Source: Planktothrix sp. GU0601_MAG3 (GTDB taxonomy: Bacteria > Cyanobacteriota > Cyanobacteriia > Cyanobacteriales > Microcoleaceae). Taken from it: a stretch of 64,000 bases of DNA. The position numbers were made by a program, and so were the translations under genes. Under the pieces are notes generated by a model. It saw only the letters and a list, made by a program, of their open reading frames with translations, searched no databases and was not told the DNA's origin. Shown here one piece after another: positions 59,214-64,000 of the stretch (positions within the stretch are counted from its first letter, which is position 1; the number at the start of each line of letters is the position of its first letter). Where the stretch lies: assembly GCA_035193785.1 (NCBI GenBank), contig CP136572.1, positions 224,001-288,000 of the forward strand, read 5' to 3'.

Positions 59214-60257
59214 TTAAAAAGGATTGGGATAATCATAAATAGCATAGGTATCACGCCCTTGTGTTTTGGCTTCATAAAGGGCTTGATCTGCTTGAATAAT
59301 TAAAGATGTGGGTGATGTATTGGGCTGAGGATATTGACAGGAAATTCCAAAACTTAAAGTGGTTTTTTTATAGATAGAAAAATTGGTCTGTAGGTGGTGA
59401 AGTTGTTCCACTTCAAGCTGTATATTTTTAGTCACTTGGACTGCACCTTCTAAGGAGGTTTCCGGGAGAATAATCACAAATTCCTCTCCCCCATAACGAA
59501 AAACCGCATCCCCCGGACGTTTGAGTGCTCGCTTAATCGCATCAGCTACTTGTTTAAGACAGAGATCCCCCGCCGGGTGACCATAGGTATCATTATAGAT
59601 TTTAAAATAATCTAAATCACAAAGAATCAAAGAAATTAACTGTTTATTTCTAGCCATCTGTCGCCAAATTCGAGGCAATTGTTCATCAAAATAACGACGG
59701 TTTCCTAACTCCGTGAGACTATCAATAAATGCTAATTTTTCTAATTTTAAATTAGCTGCTTTTAAAGATTCTTCCGTTTGAATTCGTTGCTCAACTTCTG
59801 ATTGAAGCTGATGATTTTTTTCAAATAGGGTGCGATTTTGGTATTCTAATTGATTATAAAGGTTTCTAATCATCAGTTGAGTTTTAACTCTAATAATAAC
59901 TTCTTCTGGTTGGAATGGTTTTTTGATATAATCCACCGCCCCTTCTGCAAATGCCCTAACAATATCCTCGGCTTGATCATAAATACTAATCATTAAAATT
60001 GGAATAGCATAGGTGCGAGGGTTGGCTTTAATCTGACGACAGAGATCATAACCATTAATATCAGGAAGTTGAATATCTAATAAAATTAAATCAGGGACTT
60101 GAACTTCAATGGTAGCCAGTGCGAGTTGACCATTAATTGCTTTTCTCACCCGATATCCTTGTTCGGTTAAAATTGCAGTTAAAACTCGCAAATTATCGGG
60201 GTAATCATCAATAACTAATATGTCACAGGGATTTAGGGGGTTTTGATCGTTATTCAT
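59214..60257 (-). CDS. Response-regulator diguanylate cyclase (REC-GGDEF)
   Basis: REC domain; RPGD I-site; RYGGEEF. Confidence 0.92.
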   Translation of the reverse strand: MNNDQNPLNPCDILVIDDYPDNLRVLTAILTEQGYRVRKAINGQLALATIEVQVPDLILLDIQLPDINGYDLCRQIKANPRTYAIPILMISIYDQAEDIVRAFAEGAVDYIKKPFQPEEVIIRVKTQLMIRNLYNQLEYQNRTLFEKNHQLQSEVEQRIQTEESLKAANLKLEKLAFIDSLTELGNRRYFDEQLPRIWRQMARNKQLISLILCDLDYFKIYNDTYGHPAGDLCLKQVADAIKRALKRPGDAVFRYGGEEFVIILPETSLEGAVQVTKNIQLEVEQLHHLQTNFSIYKKTTLSFGISCQYPQPNTSPTSLIIQADQALYEAKTQGRDTYAIYDYPNPF

Positions 60258-62895
60258 TGCTTGGGGGATTGAATCTGATAAGTTAGATCAATAATTAGAT
60301 CGAATCTAAAATTTGATACCCATTCTTGAATTACTTGGCCTAAATCCAGAAATTCTGCTGGAATTTGATCAATTAATTGTAAAACTAAATCATCACTACA
60401 TTGGGTAGCTGCATGATGTAATTGTTGAATGAATGAATCAGGCAACATTGCCAGTTGAGTTTTTAATGCCGAAACTGACCAGAGATGTTGTAATTTTGGG
60501 GAACGTATAACTAAAACCGGGTTCTTGATAGATATATTCTACCCCTAGATGTTCTCTAATTTTTTCTAACAGAACTTCTTCTTTAAAGGGCTTACTAATC
60601 CAATCATTACATCCAGAAACTGAAATAGATTGCCGATCTTGCCCAAATACCGAGGCACTAATGGCTAAAATCGGAATAGAATGTTGTTGTTCTTGACTCC
60701 GAATTTGACGAGCCACAGCAAAGCCATCGAGAATCGGTAATTGTATATCTAAACAAATTAAATTCGGTTGCCAACTTTGCCAAAGGTTTAATGCCTCTTG
60801 ACCATCCCTGGCTTCTTGTACCTCAAAACCAATTCTATCCAACATTTTAACTAATAATGAGCGATTATCCGCATCATCATCTACAATTAAAATCCGAACT
60901 GAATTTTGACCGGGAGCTAGATGGATAATTTGTTGCTGGTTTTGGTTGGGGGAGACGCTGGTTTCCCTATCTATTCCTACTTGAATTTCAAAGGTAAAGG
61001 TTGAACCTTGTTCTCGAACCGATTTCACATCAATATCCCCTCCCATTAATTGGATAAAACTACGACTAATGGGCAGTCCTAATCCGGTTCCCTGAGCAGA
61101 TTTACGACCCACTTCTGTTTGGGTAAAAGCCTCAAATAATAAAGGCAGTTCTTCAGGAGAAATTCCGCCTCCCGTATCTTCAATTTCAAATTGAATATTG
61201 ATTTTTCGATTCTCTTTTATTGCTTCTGATCTAGCACTCAAGTTCAAGGGTAAAAATCGGTTAGTATCCTGGATACTTAGCTCATCTTCTGATCGGGGTT
61301 TAAATCCAGCACTTACTCGCAATTGAACTCGACCTTTCTCCGTAAATTTAATCGCATTTCCTAACAAATTTGCCAAAATTTGACGTAGCTTTCTCTCGTC
61401 GCCGATAATATATTGAGGAACAGTATTAGAGACATAAAACTTAAATATCAAGCCTTTACTTTCGGCTTTCAAGCGTAACATATCCTTAATATTATCCAGT
61501 AATATTAATAGATCAAATCGAGTTTCATTTAAAGTTGTCTTCCCAGCTTCGATTTTAGAAAGTTCTAAAACATCATTAATTAAATCCAGTAAATGTTCTC
61601 CACTGCGATTAATAATTTCAATGTACTTTCGCTGTTCTGCCAATAAATAACTATCCTTTTTCATAATTTGAGCAAAACCTAAAATTGCATTCAAAGGAGT
61701 CCGCAATTCATGACTCATATTAGCCAAGAATTCACTCTTAGCAGCATTGGCTGAATCAGCCGACTTTTTGGCAATTTTTAATTCTTCTGTTTGCTCTTGA
61801 ATCTTGGTAAAAAGTTGGGCTTGCTGAACAGCAACCCCTAATTGGCTGGCAATTTGGACTACCATGGAAATTTCTACATGATGCCATTTGCGAAAATCTG
61901 AACTTTGATAGGCTCCCAATAAACCCCACAGTTTATTGGCACAAAAAATAGCGACGGTCAAATAAGATTTAACTTGAAATCGCTCTAAAAAATCAATATA
62001 ACAGGGACTAAATTGAGCTTGATAAATATTTTCAACACATCGATAAACGACCCCTCGGCGGTAAACACCCCCTTGGGTTTCTTGTAAATAAGTATCTTCT
62101 ACAAGAATTTCAGGACTTTCCGTTAAGGATTCCAAGACACAACCGGAATTTAAAATCGCTGGTTGAGTCATCACCGGATCATGATATTGAGCTTTAATTA
62201 AGGGTATCCAACCCATTTCCACTGACTCAGCAACGACTTTTCCACTCCAGTCAGGATTAAATTGATAAATCACCACCCGATCGCAATGTAACACCCTCCT
62301 TAATTCCACGGTGGTAGATTTAAAGATTTTATTTAAGTTCAGGGTTTGGCGCATTCGTTGAATTACACGGGCGCTGGTTTTTTCTCGTTTAATACTTTGT
62401 TGCAGGGCCGTTTCAACCCGTCGCCGCTCTTGAATTTCTTTTTCTAATTGAGCTTTTTGTTCCTGTAACTGTTTTTGTTGTTCAACAATGGTTAACTGAT
62501 TTTTCACCCGAAACTATCACATCTTCAATCTCGAAGGGTTTGGTAATATAATCCACCCCTCCCACTTCAAAACCCTTAACTTTATTATTAATTTCAGCTA
62601 AAGCACTAATAAAAATTACAGGAATGTCCCGGGTTTGGGGGCAAGCCTTTAATTTTTGGCACAATTCATAACCATTCAAACCCGGCATCATAACGTCGAG
62701 TAAAATTACCTCCGGGGGATGATGATTGATTTGTTCTAAGGCCGATTCTCCATCCAAAGCTCGATCGACGTCATACCCGGCATCCGTCAAAACATGATAA
62801 AGCAGTTCCAGATTTTCTGGAAGATCATCAACAATTAAAATTTTGGAAGCTGGGGCATTGTCAGCACGGTTCAACATATTCTGTCCTTTGGGCAA
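60254..62895 (-). CDS. Hybrid kinase REC-GAF(cyanobacteriochrome)-HisKA-HATPase-REC (frameshifts ~62510 and ~60450-60500)
   Basis: [47 protein letters not shown]. Confidence 0.88.
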
Positions 62896-63115
62896 TCAAT
62901 GGCATCCCAGGGACGCATTAACTAAAAAAATCCACCGCCATTTCTGGGGTGGAGTTTCAAACGTTCCATCCTAATATGGCACGGTTTCCTCGATGGTCTG
63001 CTTTTGAGCCAAGGCATCCTAGAATAGAATACCGGTTCAACAAAAAACCCATCTTCAATTATTAGTCCTTACAGTTGTAATCGGGGTTTGACACACCGCC
63101 AAACCCTCGACACCC

Positions 63116-63764
63116 CTAAACTTGAGCAGCTTTGGATGAACTCAAAGTCTCAGGATTAGCCTGGGCAGATTTGCCGTTATTTTCCGCATCTCCGTGGCGA
63201 GGTTGAATCACGCCATAACCACGGTGATTAGAAACGCTTGTAGATCACATTAATTTCTTCGGTTTCGGCATTGCGGAACATATAGAAATCATGATCAATA
63301 AATTGAAGCTGTTCTAAGGCCTCATCAACGGTGATCAGAGGCATCGCAAAATATTTTGTGCGAATCACCTCTGGGGGCAGTTCTGGAGAACGATCCCCGA
63401 TCAAATCTTCAACCACCGGATGCTCAATAACGACTTCACCGGTTTTAGGTAGATTTTGACTTTTATCCTGGCGTTTCTCCTTATACTTCCGCAGTTGGCG
63501 AGCAATTTTGTCGGCGACTAGATCAATGCTGGCGTAAAGATTTTCACTACTTTCTTGAGCGCGAATCACAGTTCCGTTGGCATAAATTGTCACTTCTGCG
63601 GTTTGTTTTGGATTTATCCGAGGGTTCCGAGCAACCGATAAATGTACATCCACTTCTGTTGTCAATTGTTCAAAATGACTGACAGCTTTTGTGATCTTCT
63701 GATGTACATATTCGTGAATTGCAGTCGTAACTTCCAAATTTTTACCCTGGATAACAAGCTTCAT
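63116..63764 (-). CDS. hpf: Ribosome hibernation promoting factor (LrtA / long HPF; frameshift ~63232)
   Basis: [26 protein letters not shown]; shifted frame continues [11 protein letters not shown]. Confidence 0.93.
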
Positions 63765-64000
63765 AAAGCTCCCTCCCGCTCATAATGTGGGCATATTCTC
63801 ACCTTAACACTAACCTGATACTAAACTTCACCCATTGCAATTTTTTTTTATCCTGTGACAATTCTTGACTTTTCTGGGGTTAAGTTTCGTCGAAAACCGC
63901 TTGATTTTTTTTCTGATCTCTTGTACGTTTTTTCTGATCTCCTTGAAGATGAATTAAGTATTCCTACTTATTATATTAGCATCAAATCTGTTACTGTATA

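Overview
AT-rich chromosomal window from a filamentous cyanobacterium. Frequent HIP1 GCGATCGC sites, STRR heptamer repeats, psbQ, crtH and a cyanobacteriochrome gene support this; the sequence is Planktothrix-like, which is my impression rather than a database result. More than 20 genes, including essential rpoD, are split by 1-nt indels at short homopolymers. These look like assembly errors, so I report the joined genes. Housekeeping content: crtH, ilvN, psbQ, pirA, aspC, pepN, rpoD, arfB, a gyrA/parC paralogue, a Cu-ATPase, thiC with its TPP riboswitch, and hpf. Accessory content: (i) an orphan type III-like CRISPR array (19 repeats) followed by two unknown genes; (ii) a sigma-70-like / DUF1822 / CHAT-CHASE2 / DUF928 / TPR-CHAT cassette; (iii) a ~12 kb defence island between rpoD and arfB; (iv) a type II R-M pair, TA pairs and two histidine kinase/c-di-GMP modules. 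The island holds a ZorD-less Zorya (zorABC plus an unknown gene), hicAB, and the best candidate for a new system: a cold-shock-domain-DarT1 fusion paired with an ARH/DraG-family ADP-ribosylglycohydrolase (not NADAR or macrodomain) and a HEPN gene. Both defence operons sit behind the same two non-coding motifs. One of these (TTGCGTAA-N16-CAATA) also occurs in the sigma/CHAT cassette.
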